From: Chiloscyllium plagiosum
Taxonomy: Eukaryota
DNA: 40,928 nt
Direction: 5' to 3'
Assembly: GCF_004010195.1 (NCBI RefSeq)
Contig: NC_057751.1
Coordinates: 3,551,907 to 3,592,834 of the forward strand
The notes below the pieces were generated by a model. The model saw only the letters and a program-made list of their open reading frames with translations. It was not told the DNA's origin and did no database searches. A program made the position numbers and the translations under genes. Below, piece after piece: positions 1 through 11,639 of this stretch (positions are counted from its first letter, which is position 1; every line of letters begins with the position of its first letter).

Positions 1-425
1 AGGATAATGCGCTGTATCTGGATATTCGTGAGGTAGAAGGTGAGGACCTATCCCTTTTGCAGTTCGGAGGGGTAGGGTACAAGGCTGAGGTGCGGGTGTG
101 GAGGAGGTGCACTGGAGGACATTGTTGATCACATGTGAGGGGAAATTGCGGTCCTTGAAGTTGGAGGCCACCTGGGATGTCTGGGAGTAGAATTGCTCCT
201 CCTGGGGACAGATACAGTGAAGTGGAGGAAATGGGAGTAAGGGATCGTGGGAGGAGGTGTAGTCTAGACAGCTGTGGGAGATGATAGGTTTGAAATCTAT
301 GTCTGCGTTGAGTTGGTCACCAGAGATGGAGACGGAAAGGTCCAGGCAGGGGAGGGACATGTCCAAGATGGTCCAGGTGAACTTAAAGTCAGGTTGGAAA
401 ATGTTAGTGAGGTTGATGAACTATT
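1..425 (-). mobile_element. Penelope-like retroelement, RT C-terminal/thumb fragment (decayed, runs off window start)
   Basis: Minus-strand translation FINLTNIFQPDFKFTWTILDMSLPCLDLSVSISGDQLNADIDFKPIISHSCLDYTSSH...ICPQEEQFYSQTSQVASNFKDRNFPSHV...VLTFYLTN resembles the PLE RT pattern F-HP-LKFT...LPFLD...YKPT-S-YL-Y-S-HP; frameshifted. Confidence 0.85.
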
Positions 426-659
426 CAACAGCCAAAGTTTTTGAGTGTCCATTTCAACATTTGGGGAGCAAATTGTGAAACATTTATCAGCTGATGGCCA
501 TGCAGGGGTTCTGTAGGGGTTCTGAAAATGGCCAAGGCATGGTTGCCCTCTGCTCTCCAACCATTGTATGGAGCCACTGTTTTGGCCATCAAATTCAGTC
601 CTGTGTACATTTCTGACCACCAGCAAAACTAATAACAGGGTGCTGAAGCAAGCAGTGAA

Positions 660-1000
660 ATTCCTGCCTGTTAACTCTGTTTCTTTCACCATGGATATTG
701 CCAGACCTGTTAAATATTTCCAGCACTTCCTCTGTTTCACTTTAGTCCCCCCGGGAAATTAGTCAGTTGTATTTAAGAAGGCAGCTCAGCACCACTTTTA
801 CCTGAAGGGCAGTTGAGACTGGGCAATAAGGCGACGGATAAGTGCTGGAAAATGGAAATCAAACAGATGGATACTACATGACAGGTGCAGACATAATAGG
901 CTGAAGGATCTCTTTTCTTTTCCCGAGAAAACTCTACTACTTCATGACTCACCACAAATGCTGGTCTGGTCAGTAATGCCCACATCACTTGAATAAATTA
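660..1000 (+). repeat. Cluster of decayed repeat 3' ends (PLE terminus, L2/CR1-clade LINE tails)
   Basis: gttaactctgtttct...ccagacctg...tttccagcac resembles the other PLE termini here; aagaaggcagctcagcaccac...gggcaataa...atgctggtctggtcag resembles the tail at 6520-6610. Confidence 0.55.
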
Positions 1001-1959
1001 TAAACTGTGAGTAATATCCAAAATGGAGAGAATAAACAAAGGAGGTGAAACAAATTGTGTCCAGAGTCAATGTCGACTTATATTTTTCTTTCATTGCTGC
1101 TGAATTACAAACAAGTTCCCAATTGGAGCAGCTGTTGCAAAGTGAAATAGTGGTGTGGGTATCTAAAGATAACACAGGAATGCCAAAAACAAAAGTGTGA
1201 GACTTGTTTATTTCTGTAGGAAGTATGGTTGCAGGAGGTGGGATGCTTGAGAACGAGATAAACTATCGGGATTAGGAAAGCCAGTGGGAGTTGCAACTGG
1301 GCTTGCAAACAATCTGGAGGAGTGTAGTAATCTCAATAGACGTGGTTAACATCCCTGCCAGGATGCATGATCAGACTATTACTGTAGTCAGTGGAAAGCA
1401 AGCTCCTCAGAAAGGCAGATGAATGTTAATCAGCGAGTCACCAGTAGTGGATATTCCACATCAAACAGAACAATTCCATCACCAGTGAAGTTGCCCACAG
1501 ACTGATGAACATTGGACATTGTGAAAAGTGAGAAGGTTAAGATGGTTAAGTGCCATTTGTAGACAATTAGTAACAAATGAATTCCCCTTGGCAAACAATC
1601 AACAGTTATGCACAACATTCCTGACAGCAGAAACAGTTCAGAGTGCTGTGAACAAGGAGTCTGATAGGCGATGGAAGGCTGTTTGAAGAGAGAGAGAGAA
1701 GTGAAGGCATAGTTGAATTGGATTTCATTTTTAGGGGTAACAACACAAAAAACTCCTGAGACAGAATTGCAGAGAGCAATGAAAAATTGACTTCCCACCC
1801 ACAATCAGACAGTAAGTGGTGAAGGGTACAAGGTTAGATTTACAGAGGGAGAGCGAGTAAAGACATGCGAACATCTCAAAACAAGGACATCGATACCGAA
1901 GGATATGGGAAAACAGTGGTGATTGCTGTGTGACATGAAGAAAAAAAAACTTTACATCT

Positions 1960-2290
1960 CAGAAAAACAGAAACGAGATGCTTGTGGCCTAGTTGGTTCA
2001 ACATCAACTGATGTTTATGGTTCCCATGAGTTTCCTCCAACTTCTCTTCACTGAACCCTATTAACATATCCTTCTTTCCATTCCCCCTTGTGTTCAGATT
2101 GAACTTTCCTTTCAAAGCATCCATGTTCCTTTGGTGGAAAGTGTCAAATTCTAACCACTGTCTCTGAGTGAAGAAGTTTCTCCTGAATTCCTCATTGGGT
2201 CCCTTATTAATGACTGTCTGATACTGTCAGCTCTGTAGTTTTGATGGAATTGGAAACATTTTCTCTTCACCTCGTCTGTTAAATCCCTTC
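1960..2290 (-). mobile_element. Old CR1-type LINE 3' remnant
   Basis: ttctaaccactg...gagtgaagaagtttctcctgaattc resembles the reverse complement of the CR1 ORF2 end (NFFTQRVV..W). Confidence 0.5.
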
Positions 2291-3109
2291 ACAACTTTGA
2301 ACTTTGTGCTTTAAAGATTTTACTGCAGGGACAATCTTAACTCCCTCCTTTCCAACAACTAATTTCAGCCAAAATAGGCAGACAGAAAATTTGTGGGCTT
2401 GGAGGTGAAAGCAGGAAAATTGGCAGATAACAGAAATAGGTGGCCTTGGCTTCAATGACATTTTATTAACAGAGTTTTAGATTAACCCAGGATCTGTGGA
2501 TTGACCTGCAGCTGGATAAAAGCTGGTGACAAAGAGTTATAAGTGTTTAAACTGAGATCATGCTTTGCAGAATATGTCACCATTAAGTGACAGTGAGACC
2601 CTAGGACACAAAGAGGTGGTGACTTGTGCACTTATGGGAGCAGGTACAGCTGAAGTCAATGCTTGAGCAAAGGACAATATAGCCAAGCAGAAATTAAGGT
2701 GCATATGAAAGGTAATCAGGAGTTGGATGAGAATTGCAGAAACATGAGTTCGATGTAAGAGGAGGATCTCTCTCTCTCCCACTCACTGTCACAGGCAAAA
2801 TTTCTTGGTTTTTCTGAAATAATTTTCACAGAGAAAAAGGAAACACTTAGAGCTGAAAAAATCCTGAGAGATTGGGCGGCCTGACTAGATATCCAATCTA
2901 TCATTTGCTGGCAATATCATGGCTGTGGATACAAGTAACCATGCCAGCTTTCCATTCAACCAATGTACAAGCAGCACTGAGGAGTGCAGCATCACCATCC
3001 CACTCTCTCTCAGGTTGACTAACTGACCCCTCAGGATCATTAGTCAGGGAGCTGGACCCTTGATCTCTCCTGGAGACTGCACCCCTCTGAAGATGGAGTC
3101 ATGCTGTAT

Positions 3110-3720
3110 CCTAGAGAAATTAGCAGCCAGTGTACAGCGCTGTAAAGTTATTTTCTACTTAAAACTTTTGGTGGACTCTGTCCTTGGCAGCATTCTGAAT
3201 GTAATTGCTGATGAGGTGGCCTTGAATGGAACACCACACTCAGTGAACAAAGTTGGCAGAGGCCAAGTTCAATCATGAGCCTTGGACTGACATGCCTAAA
3301 CAGGGGCAGGGGCGAGGACAGAGCACGGCCATCCATGCTGCGAGAACTGCCCTTCAGAAAACAAGGTTACTTAGGACATGGCACTGTCCCTCTGTATGGC
3401 GGGTATCGCTGAATCCCATGTTGAATGCTGGTGTGTTGATGATACTGGCGCTTTTTCTTCTTGTGTTTCCATCCTTCTCCCTGAAGAGCCGCCATACCTG
3501 TATGCTCAGAGGAATGATTGTGTGGCTCACACAGACACTCCCTGCACCTGCAGCAAGCACCAGCACAAGAATACCCACACTGGGAATTCTGAATCAGCCT
3601 TGCAGAATGAAACACTGTTTGGAGCACACACAGCACCAGGCAGGACCAAGTCCAGGTGGCAGCAGAGGAACATCCAAAGGCTGGCAGGGTGACAAGCCCA
3701 AGAGAAACCTCAGTTGCTGA
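3110..3720 (+). pseudogene. Decayed Myb/SANT-like DNA-binding ORF of a PIF/Harbinger transposon
   Basis: LKLLVDSV...IADEVALNGTPHSVNKV(frameshift)AEAKFNH aligns by eye with the Harbinger Myb pattern LE.LV..V...W..IA.EV......R...QCRKKFNDL; lies convergent with the transposase relic at 4780-5650. Confidence 0.4.
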
Positions 3721-3904
3721 GCTTTGAGACTGTTTTTATATACTGCTTGTTTAGAAAAGAATCCTGCCTTTTGACCACCACCATTTGAAATGTCAACTTG
3801 GGGATATATTTTTCAGGAGAAAGTGAGGACTGCAGATGCTGGAGACCAGAGCTGAAAAATGTGTTGCTGGAAAAGTGCAGCAGCTCAGGCAGCATCCAAG
3901 GAGC

Positions 3905-3946
3905 AGGAGAATCAACGTTTCGGGCATAAGCCCTTCTTCAGGAATG
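3905..3946 (-). ncRNA. Minimal type I hammerhead ribozyme motif (best-preserved copy)
   Basis: Minus strand reads AUUC-CUGAAGA-A-GGGC-UUAU-GCCC-GAAAC-GUU-GAU: intact CUGANGA and GAAA core, perfect 4-bp stem II, palindromic AACGUU at stem III. Confidence 0.7.
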
Positions 3947-4083
3947 AGGAGGGTGTGGAAAGCAGGCTAAGATAAAAGGCAGGGAGGAGGGACTTGGGGG
4001 AGGGGCGTTGGGAATGCGATAGGTGGAAGGAGGTTAAGGTGAGGGTGATAGGCCGGAGAGGGGGTGGGGGCGGAGAGGTCGGG

Positions 4084-4306
4084 NNNNNNNNNNNNNNNNN
4101 NNNNNNNNNNNNNNNNNNNNNNNNNNNNNNNNNNNNNNNNNNNNNNNNNNNNNNNNNNNNNNNNNNNNNNNNNNNNNNNNNNNNNNNNNNNNNNNNNNNN
4201 NNNNNNNNNNNNNNNNNNNNNNNNNNNNNNNNNNNNNNNNNNNNNNNNNNNNNNNNNNNNNNNNNNNNNNNNNNNNNNNNNNNNNNNNNNNNNNNNNNNN
4301 NNNNNN
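4084..4306. other. Assembly gap (223 N)
   Basis: Run of N inside the PLE copy. Confidence 1.
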
Positions 4307-4779
4307 AGGTGTGGGTGCAAGTTTTGCATTTCTTGCGGTTGCAGGGGAAGGTGCCGGGAGTGGAGGTTGGGTTGGTGGGGTGTGTGGACCTGACGAGGGA
4401 GTCGTGGAGGGAGTGGTCTTCCCGGAACGCTGATAGGGGAGGGGAGGGAAATATATCCTTGATTTTTTTTTACATGCAAAATATCAACAATACTGAGGTG
4501 AGATGTGGGGAGAGTAGTTTGGACGAAACATCTTAACTGCAGTATTATAAGGAAATGTATGAGGATGCTATTCTGTACCAGAGCTCGTCACTTGCTACAA
4601 GACAAAATTCAAGTTCTGGGCCTCGAAGAGAAGCTATGGCTTAAGGTGCTTATTTTTCTTCCTTATCCCTGCTCTAAACATCCACTTTCAATCCTCTTCC
4701 TCGCATATACATGCTGTTCACTCCCTGACTTTGTCCCAGTCACAGTCCTGACAGCTCACACCGCTGCCCTGTTCTGGAG

Positions 4780-5650
4780 CTGTCTCCCCTCTGACCTGAA
4801 GCTACTGCAGATATCTTTTTCTGGACACAAGGCTCATACTTGTTCAGAGTGTCTCTGGGATTTGTCCTGTATTCTGTGGAGGAAACCTCTCTCCATGTAA
4901 CTGCACAACAACCGTGTTCTCATTTCTTTAAAAACAAAAGCATGGCTCCATGGCTTTCAAATGAGCCTTGAGCCCTGGTATGGGCCCCAGAGTTATGCAT
5001 CTTGTGCTCCCTGTTGTACATGATGTTCCTTGCCTTTCAAGTCATTATGGCCCTGAATTCATTTGTCTTGGGATCTTTCCAGCCTGCAATGGATGACATA
5101 ATGTCCAGCATAAGTCAAAGTTATAGATCCCCTTCGAGACAATTCCAAGCACTTGATTTTTTTTCCTTATGAGTGAAGCAGAAGTACGAGATCCTGGGGG
5201 CTTTGCAAGCATGGCAAGCCTTCCTGGGGGTGCATTTACCAACTGCACAAATGTAGTCTGTGTCTATTTCAAATAGGTAGAATTATCCCTCACTGAACAT
5301 CCAATTGGTGTAGGAATCTCATGAAAGCAGTGGTAGACTTTCTAAGTGTCTGCAGGAGGGCCCATTGAACAGTATGACAATTTTGGATGCATGAAGTATA
5401 TGACATACACATTTCCCTGATGCTGTTCCAATGCACTGGTGAAGTGCTTTGTTGACAATGCCAGTTGGAGCACTTCTCCTTCGTCAGGTGAAGTGCAAGG
5501 TGCACTTCCCTCCACTTCAGCTGTTGAAGGAGCAGCGCTCCGAAAGCTTGTGATTTCAATTATACCTGTTGGACGAGAGCCTGGTTTCGTGACTTCTTTG
5601 TCCACCCCAGTCCTGAACATCCACACCTCCAAATCATGACAATGATTTTG
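4780..5650 (-). pseudogene. Decayed PIF/Harbinger (HARBI1-like) DDE transposase
   Basis: Collinear degenerate motifs on minus: NSIREMCMSYTSCIQNCHTVQWAL (~GDLCGISQS..H.CI.EVTDAL), VQ*GII (~VQG.ID), NRHRLH/VQLVNA (~NRKGFHSLNVQLVCD), AKPPGSRTSASL (~ARYPGS.HD..IL), GIVSKGIY..CWTLCHPL (~LGDKGY....LMTP), HKMHNSGAHTRAQGSFE..G.ML..KEMRTRLL (~YN.AH..TR..IE..IG.LKMRFRCL). Confidence 0.6.
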
Positions 5651-5904
5651 AGTGTGCTCCTGTAGCAGGCTGGTTCAGATCACTGAGTTTCTTCCTGCAT
5701 CTGTTCCAGGGTAACACTGGGAAGGTGTTTCCATACATATCTACATAATGGTGTTCAAATACTTCACAAATAATAAAACAACTTTGAAGAGAAACCTAAT
5801 TGTTTGAGACTCCTGTGATTCCTGGAACAACTTCTGTCCTTTTAATGTGATGGAAATGGGTTAGTTATGTTCCTTACTGACTTCAATGTTGGAGCTTGTG
5901 TGGC

Positions 5905-6055
5905 TTGCAATATCATTTCAGAAGTAAGTTAAAAGTCACAAACATTCTGTGCATCTGGAGTTTTTATATAGACCAGACCAAAAAAGCGGGGCAGACACAT
6001 TTTCCTGAAAGCTGTGAGTGAATCAGATGGACTTGACCAGCAATCTGATAATTTC
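5905..6055 (-). mobile_element. tRNA-derived SINE remnant (same family as 25790-26050)
   Basis: Reverse-complement similarity to 25920-25990 (tggtctgg...tgactc...ctcttaa-ctgccctctgaaatg). Confidence 0.45.
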
Positions 6056-6058
6056 ATG

Positions 6059-6191
6059 TAAAAGCAAAATACTGAAGATGCTGAAAATCCAAAAGAAAAA
6101 TACAAGTGCTGGAGAAACTCAGCAAGTTGGGCAGCATTAGTGGGGAGAGAAACAGAATCAGTGTTTCGAGCTCAATGACTCTTCTTCGGAA
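6059..6191 (-). mobile_element. Short PLE terminus with degenerate hammerhead
   Basis: Minus AGUU-CCGAAGA-A-GAGUCAUUGAGCUC-GAAAC; flanked by degenerate direct repeat ctgataatttcatg (6045-6058) / ctgatagttttgag (6192-6205). Confidence 0.7.
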
Positions 6192-6229
6192 CTGATAGTT
6201 TTGAGATATGCACTTCGCTTTTAATAAAC

Positions 6230-6630
6230 ATTCACTCCCTTCACCACCAATGCACAGTGATAACTGTGTGTACCAATGACAAGATGCACTGCATAAACTC
6301 AACAGCCTCCTTCAACAGCATCTCCCAAATCAGCGACCTCTTCCACCTAGAAGGATAGAGGCAGGAAATGCTTGGGAACACGATAAGCCATAAGTTCCCC
6401 TTCAAGCCATGCAGCACCTAGCCTCAGAAGTATATCACCATTTCCTCATTGTCGCCGAGTCGAAAGTCTGGAATTCTTTTCGAAACAGCACTGTGGGAGT
6501 ATCTACATGACATGAACTGCAGCAGTTCAAGAGGACAGCTCACCACCACCTTCTCCAGGGAATTATGGATGGACAATAAATTCTGGCCAAACCAGCAAGA
6601 CTGAAATCCCATGGAAGAATTAAAAAAAAG
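6230..6630 (+). mobile_element. L2/CR1-clade LINE 3' end
   Basis: ORF-end-like tcactcccttcaccaccaatgcacagt...tggaattc...cagttcaagaggacagctcaccaccaccttctc followed by aataaa and an A-rich tail; related copies on minus at 23950-25120 and 40190-40640. Confidence 0.65.
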
Positions 6631-8531
6631 GATGTTGAACACAAATTTGTGCAGTTCAACTTTCATTCAAGTAGAAGTGTTTGAAATACCCCTTTACAGC
6701 TCTGCTGATACAAAACAAGATGATCCTCACAGTAACAGTGAAAGTGTGCATTGACCAAACCCAACATATTCTTGGATCAAGTAGTAAACACACAAGAGTA
6801 AACAGAAGTAACTAAATGTGTACTAAGAAATCAACCGAGTTGTCATAAAATATATCTTGTTCATAATTTTGCTAAACTTATCGTACTAAAGTTAGGCATC
6901 CATCTTTTTAAGTTTTGTTCAGTTCCTTTGAGATTTTTAATTAATATAACCCATTTTAGTGCAGGTACAATGGGTTGAATGGTTCCCTTCTGCACTTTAA
7001 TAAATCTGTGGTTCTGGGATTCAATATCAAGCAACCCACTGTGACTCAATGACATTTGTGAAAAGACCACTTATCGGATGACATTTTGTTATCTTACGAG
7101 ATATCTTCGCTTAGAGATAGGACAGACACAAAATGGTGTGACTCGTAATGCAACATATCACTGTTCATGCAAGTTTCCAGAAAGGTTAATTTAAAAGTAG
7201 AACCAAATCAGAAAATTTAATCTCCCAAAGTTTGTGCCGCAGTACGTGTAATACAGGCTGCATTCTGTGAGCAACCTCGTGGTTTTTAAGCCAACTTTTC
7301 CCACAGGTCCAAATCTTGCTGTGTAGGAATTGTGAAATGGATCCATGTTGAAATCTAAACACTGAGATAGGTTGTAAATCCTATCATAATAATCCAAAAT
7401 ATTGGGCCAATCACTGCATCATCACATTTCAAATGTTATGAACTCTAAAAAATTTCCACATTACTAAGAATATCTATATCTTAAGTAATTGACTGCAATT
7501 GTTTACTTCTGAGAAATTAGCAGCATTTCTCTAATTTATTACTGTTACAGTGTACTCTAGGCCGAGTGAACTGTAATAGCTGGGATGCACTGTTACCGTG
7601 TGAGGGATTTTCCCTGTGTAGGTCATTTTAAAAAGGTTTGGCATTCCCCCAGACAACATTATTAGACTATGTTTGTGCCAAATGCAAACCGATGAGAAAG
7701 TGTGAAGATCGATGTTTGCCAGTTGCTGAACATGTGCAAGTAATCCCAATCCAGATCTACAGTTATTACATTGCAGACATCTGTCTCAGTAATACTCGTG
7801 TCTTTTGGTGAACTAATACTGTGAATGCTTTGTGGAAGTATCTTTACAAGTAGAGTAAAGTGGTTCCTGAATCTGGGTGACACATACTTTCATGATACCC
7901 CAAACTCACTAAATACCGTTTCCGGCCAATAGCCGAGACAGTGACAAAAGGAAATCCCCATGCTACTGGAACACTTCTTAAGTTGATATCAATTACTTCT
8001 CGGACGAAAATCCAGTGTTTGAAAATTCATGAAATTATAAATTGATTTGCAACCATTTACTCAGTTGTTTCCTAAAATGTATTGAAAATAACAGCATAAG
8101 AAAAGGTACCACCAACAATTTCTGATTTTGCCTTTGGAAATATTTACTATTTGTTTCTGTTATTACATCACAGACTACCTGCTTTAGAAGACCCCTCAAA
8201 ATACTATTAATGAATTTGAACTCCTTCTGTACAGCAGAAACAAGGTGAAAGAGGTGTTGAGAATGTGTGGTACATTTGGTTGCACTGTTGATAAATTTGG
8301 TGAATTCAGATAGACAACTGATAATAAACAAAAATAAAAATCAGCACTTTCCAAACTTCTGGACTCAATATTGAGTTCAACCCCTTCAAACTGTGAACCC
8401 ATTCCTTCTTTTAGCTTTACAGCCCAATCATGTAATCTGAACTATCAACGTCTTTTATCCCTCAGCACTCCAACTCCCCACCGCCGCCGCCCCCCCCCCC
8501 CATAAATACTGCCTTGTCCACACTTCACATC

Positions 8532-8570
8532 AGCTCTGGTGAACAGTCATCTTGACTCGAAACGTTAGCT
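8532..8570 (+). ncRNA. Minimal hammerhead motif (core mutated to CUGGUGA)
   Basis: AGCU-CUGGUGA-A-CAGUC-AUCUU-GACUC-GAAAC-GUU-AGCU: 4-bp stem I, stem II, palindromic AACGUU. Confidence 0.65.
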
Positions 8571-8596
8571 TGCTCTCTCTCCATGGATGCTGCCTG

Positions 8597-8720
8597 GTAA
8601 AAACAATGACTGCAGATGCTGGAAACCAGATTCTGGATTAGTGGTGCTGGAAGAGCACAGCAGTTCAGGCAGCATCCGAGGAGCAGTAACATCGATGTTT
8701 CGGGCAAAAGTCCTTCATCA
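8597..8720 (-). mobile_element. 124-bp PLE-terminus mini element with hammerhead, 12-bp TSD
   Basis: Flanked by ggatgctgcctg (8585-8596) and ggatgccgcctg (8721-8732); minus strand reads CUGAUGA-A-GGAC-UUUU-GCCC-GAAAC-AUC. Confidence 0.85.
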
Positions 8721-11639
8721 GGATGCCGCCTGACCCACTGTGATCACCCGCATTTGTTGTTCTCATTAGCATGCCTTGTTCAGACAAGAATCTGTGTCAA
8801 TGTTAACGGTTGACTGTAATGAAGCCCATGGTGATCAATCTGACCAGTGAAGCTTGCTAAAACAGAGGACAGAACCACAAAATAAGTCTGGATCTTTCTC
8901 TTTGGGCTTTGGCCTAATTCTTCTCCAGCCTGAAACATCTCGCAAACACCCATTGTGATATATTTGATTGTTTGTGGTGAGCTTCAGGCTGCTTGCTCTG
9001 GGAAAGGTGGCAGCTAGAAGCCCTTCTGCTTTTTTACACCCTGTATGTGCTTGTACCCAAGGCCCAGCTGGAAAATAAACCAGGTTGGCCCAAAGAGCCT
9101 CTCACTTAGCTTTGGATGCGGAAGTGAAAATCCCATTCTGTCACTGCAGAGCTACAGGTCTCCCTGCACATTGGATCTCATTTCCATAGCCCACATACAA
9201 ATATTCACCTCACTGGAAGAGGAAATTTTAACATAATCCACTCAGCAAGAGACTAACGAAATTAGAATGGTCACCATTTTACACTCGGTACAATTTTGCT
9301 GTTAAAAGAATTCAACAGCATGTCCAATCAGGCAGTGTTTAGGAATATAGGAATATCTTCATTTGTGATGCTGGCAAAGCCAGCATTTAGTGCCCATCTT
9401 TCTCTCTCTCTGCCTTTGAGTAGTTTGTGATGAGCTGCGTTCTTCAATAAGTCTGGTCTGTGAGATAAAGGTACTTCACAATGTTGTCTGGGTGAAAGTT
9501 GGAGGGTATTGACTCAGAGACAACAAAAGGATGGCTCTCGTGTTTCCAATAGACTGAGATCTTCCAGCTACTGGATAAGGGATCAGTTGCCTTTCTAACC
9601 CACTGGCAAATTTTCAACAGTAGCCTTTTGTAGGCCATGAGCTTTGGAGTATAAAGTACTCAGTTTATGAATAATGCCATTGCCAGAAGCTTGCCACCTT
9701 TGTGACAGTTTCCTCAACTTTCATTTCCTTGAGCATTCAAGTTTGGGTGTGCTTCCAAAAATTCAAACAGGTAACCAATCCAATTTCATCAATTTTCTTC
9801 TGAGCACATGCAGATAAAACTCTCAGACTATGTTTGTCGCTCGTATCTGTTCCTCAACAAGGATAGCCCACAGGATATATCGCCTGTGCTCTGCATCTTT
9901 TTTTCCAAGTTAATGTCAGTGAATATCATAAACTGTGCAGTTTCCAAGTAGGTGAATTAAGTTAACACTTGAAGCTGAGAAACATTTCCCAGCAGTTTCT
10001 CTAAATGCATGACTATGCCAGACAACTATTTTGTAGCCAATTCACATAACTTGAAAAGAATACTTATTTCGATTTTAACACTGTTCTGTCAGTCAGAAGT
10101 ATGAACCCACAGGGTAAAATTGTCAAATCTTCCCACAAGCAAAAAATGCCTTTTCACTCTTTCATCTCATCTTTTTGCTTTGCAAGAACAGATGACATAC
10201 GTATATTGTCCCAGAACTGCTGCCAACAGTGCAAAGCTCTTGCGCTGTAATCAGGAAGATTAAGATGACAGAGGATAAGTGGTACAGCTACCCACAAATC
10301 TAACTCACATAACAGCCTTAATAAATGTCTTCGTGATGAGTCAATGAGGAGTTGGGGGAAGGGTAATGGATAAGGTGTTATGTATTAGAAATGTGACACA
10401 TATATCACACCTCCTTTTGCACAGGTATTGGGTGGCCAAATATTTCACTGATTTAATTGATATTTAAATTGGGCCTTTGAGCACTTGGGAGCTGAAGTGA
10501 AATTCAGAATTTCTGCTTTGATTTTCAAGGGTTCAAGAATGCCAACAACAAAAGGGAGGAGTGTGCTGCTAGTTCTCCGGTTTCCAGCATCCTTGTTGGC
10601 TTGGAAGAGAAGGAGTTCTCAAGATGTTTATTCAAGGGGAGCCAATCACCCCAGTCCTCCAAAATTGTATCTCCTTCCTAGCCTGCCCCATCATGGGACT
10701 CTCTCTGCTGGCTGTTTATGACTTTTTCACATCTCCTGATGGCAATCTTCTCTCCACCCTCCCAATCACTCTCTTTCCTCTCCCGATCCTCACTGAATCC
10801 TGATTGCAGGGTTCTGTCATCTGGGGTCACTGGCTGTTGTCACCAGCCTACTCTGGCGAGACTGTCCCAGGAAAAAGGACTAAAAAATGTGATTGAGGTT
10901 TTGCCTTACACTTCAACAGAAATTACACATCTCTAGCCCTGCCAGATTCTTTTTTAATCTGCCCTTCTTTGGGGGACAGAATAGCCTTAGGGGTTGGCAA
11001 AACAAGTCTTCAGCTACAGTTGATTCAGACAATTCGGATTTTGCAATGAGAAGCAAGTAGGCCCAGGATACTGACAACAAGCAGCAAATAGTTGTTTTTC
11101 AAAAATCATTGTTAAAATACTCTTTCAGGAGAGTAGGTGACTATGGATCTTGAGTGTTGCTGGAAAGAGAGACATGTTGCTTAAACTGTTCATCTTGCAA
11201 ATCTCAGGATAAAGGCAAGAATACCAAATTTCAAATGATAACAATATGTACTGCAAGAGTAAAGAATGCTCATTGGTTAGCAAGTCAGATCTGATTCGTT
11301 GAGATGTTGCTCCAAGTCAGTTTTTTTTGTGTAGATATTTATTGAAAAATATTTTCACTCTTTTACAAAAAAACTCCAAAAGGTTATAAAAGTAAAAAAG
11401 TACAGAAAAGTAGAAATAATATTGTACTATTATACTATATTACAGTAACGTTGACAATAAATGGCCTACTATTCCTCAAGATATAGTCGTCTCATATTTA
11501 CTTAAACCAAATTAGCATAAACTCAAATTAAATAAAATAACATTAAATTAAATTCCAATCCATTAAAATTGAATAACACTATATTGTACTCGCCTCAGTT
11601 CCATCCCGTCCACGGAAGCAACAGCGATTATACCCACAT

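Larger units (their letters stand above)
3817..4462 (-). mobile_element. Penelope-like element 3' part (Cys-rich linker, assembly gap, pyrimidine tract, hammerhead-containing terminus)
   Basis: 4307-4460 minus reads DIFPSPPLSAFREDHSLHDSLVRSTHPTNPTSTPGTFPCNRKKCKTCTHT, the PLE linker preceding the GIY-YIG nuclease; 3817-3946 is the terminal repeat seen elsewhere in the window. Confidence 0.85.
8345..8770 (+). mobile_element. PLE 3' end (GIY-YIG C-terminus plus hammerhead terminus), interrupted by an inverted PLE mini-unit
   Basis: SGLNIEFNPFKL* at 8358-8396 is a typical PLE ORF end, followed by a C-rich tract, a hammerhead motif at 8532-8570 and the terminus. Confidence 0.75.

Noticed and set aside
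3967..4536. Long ORFs of 109-180 aa
   Set aside because: Artefacts of reading through the N gap.
7191..8331. Run of short minus-strand ORFs as an endogenous viral gene or exon set
   Set aside because: No recognisable motifs and only weak splice sites.
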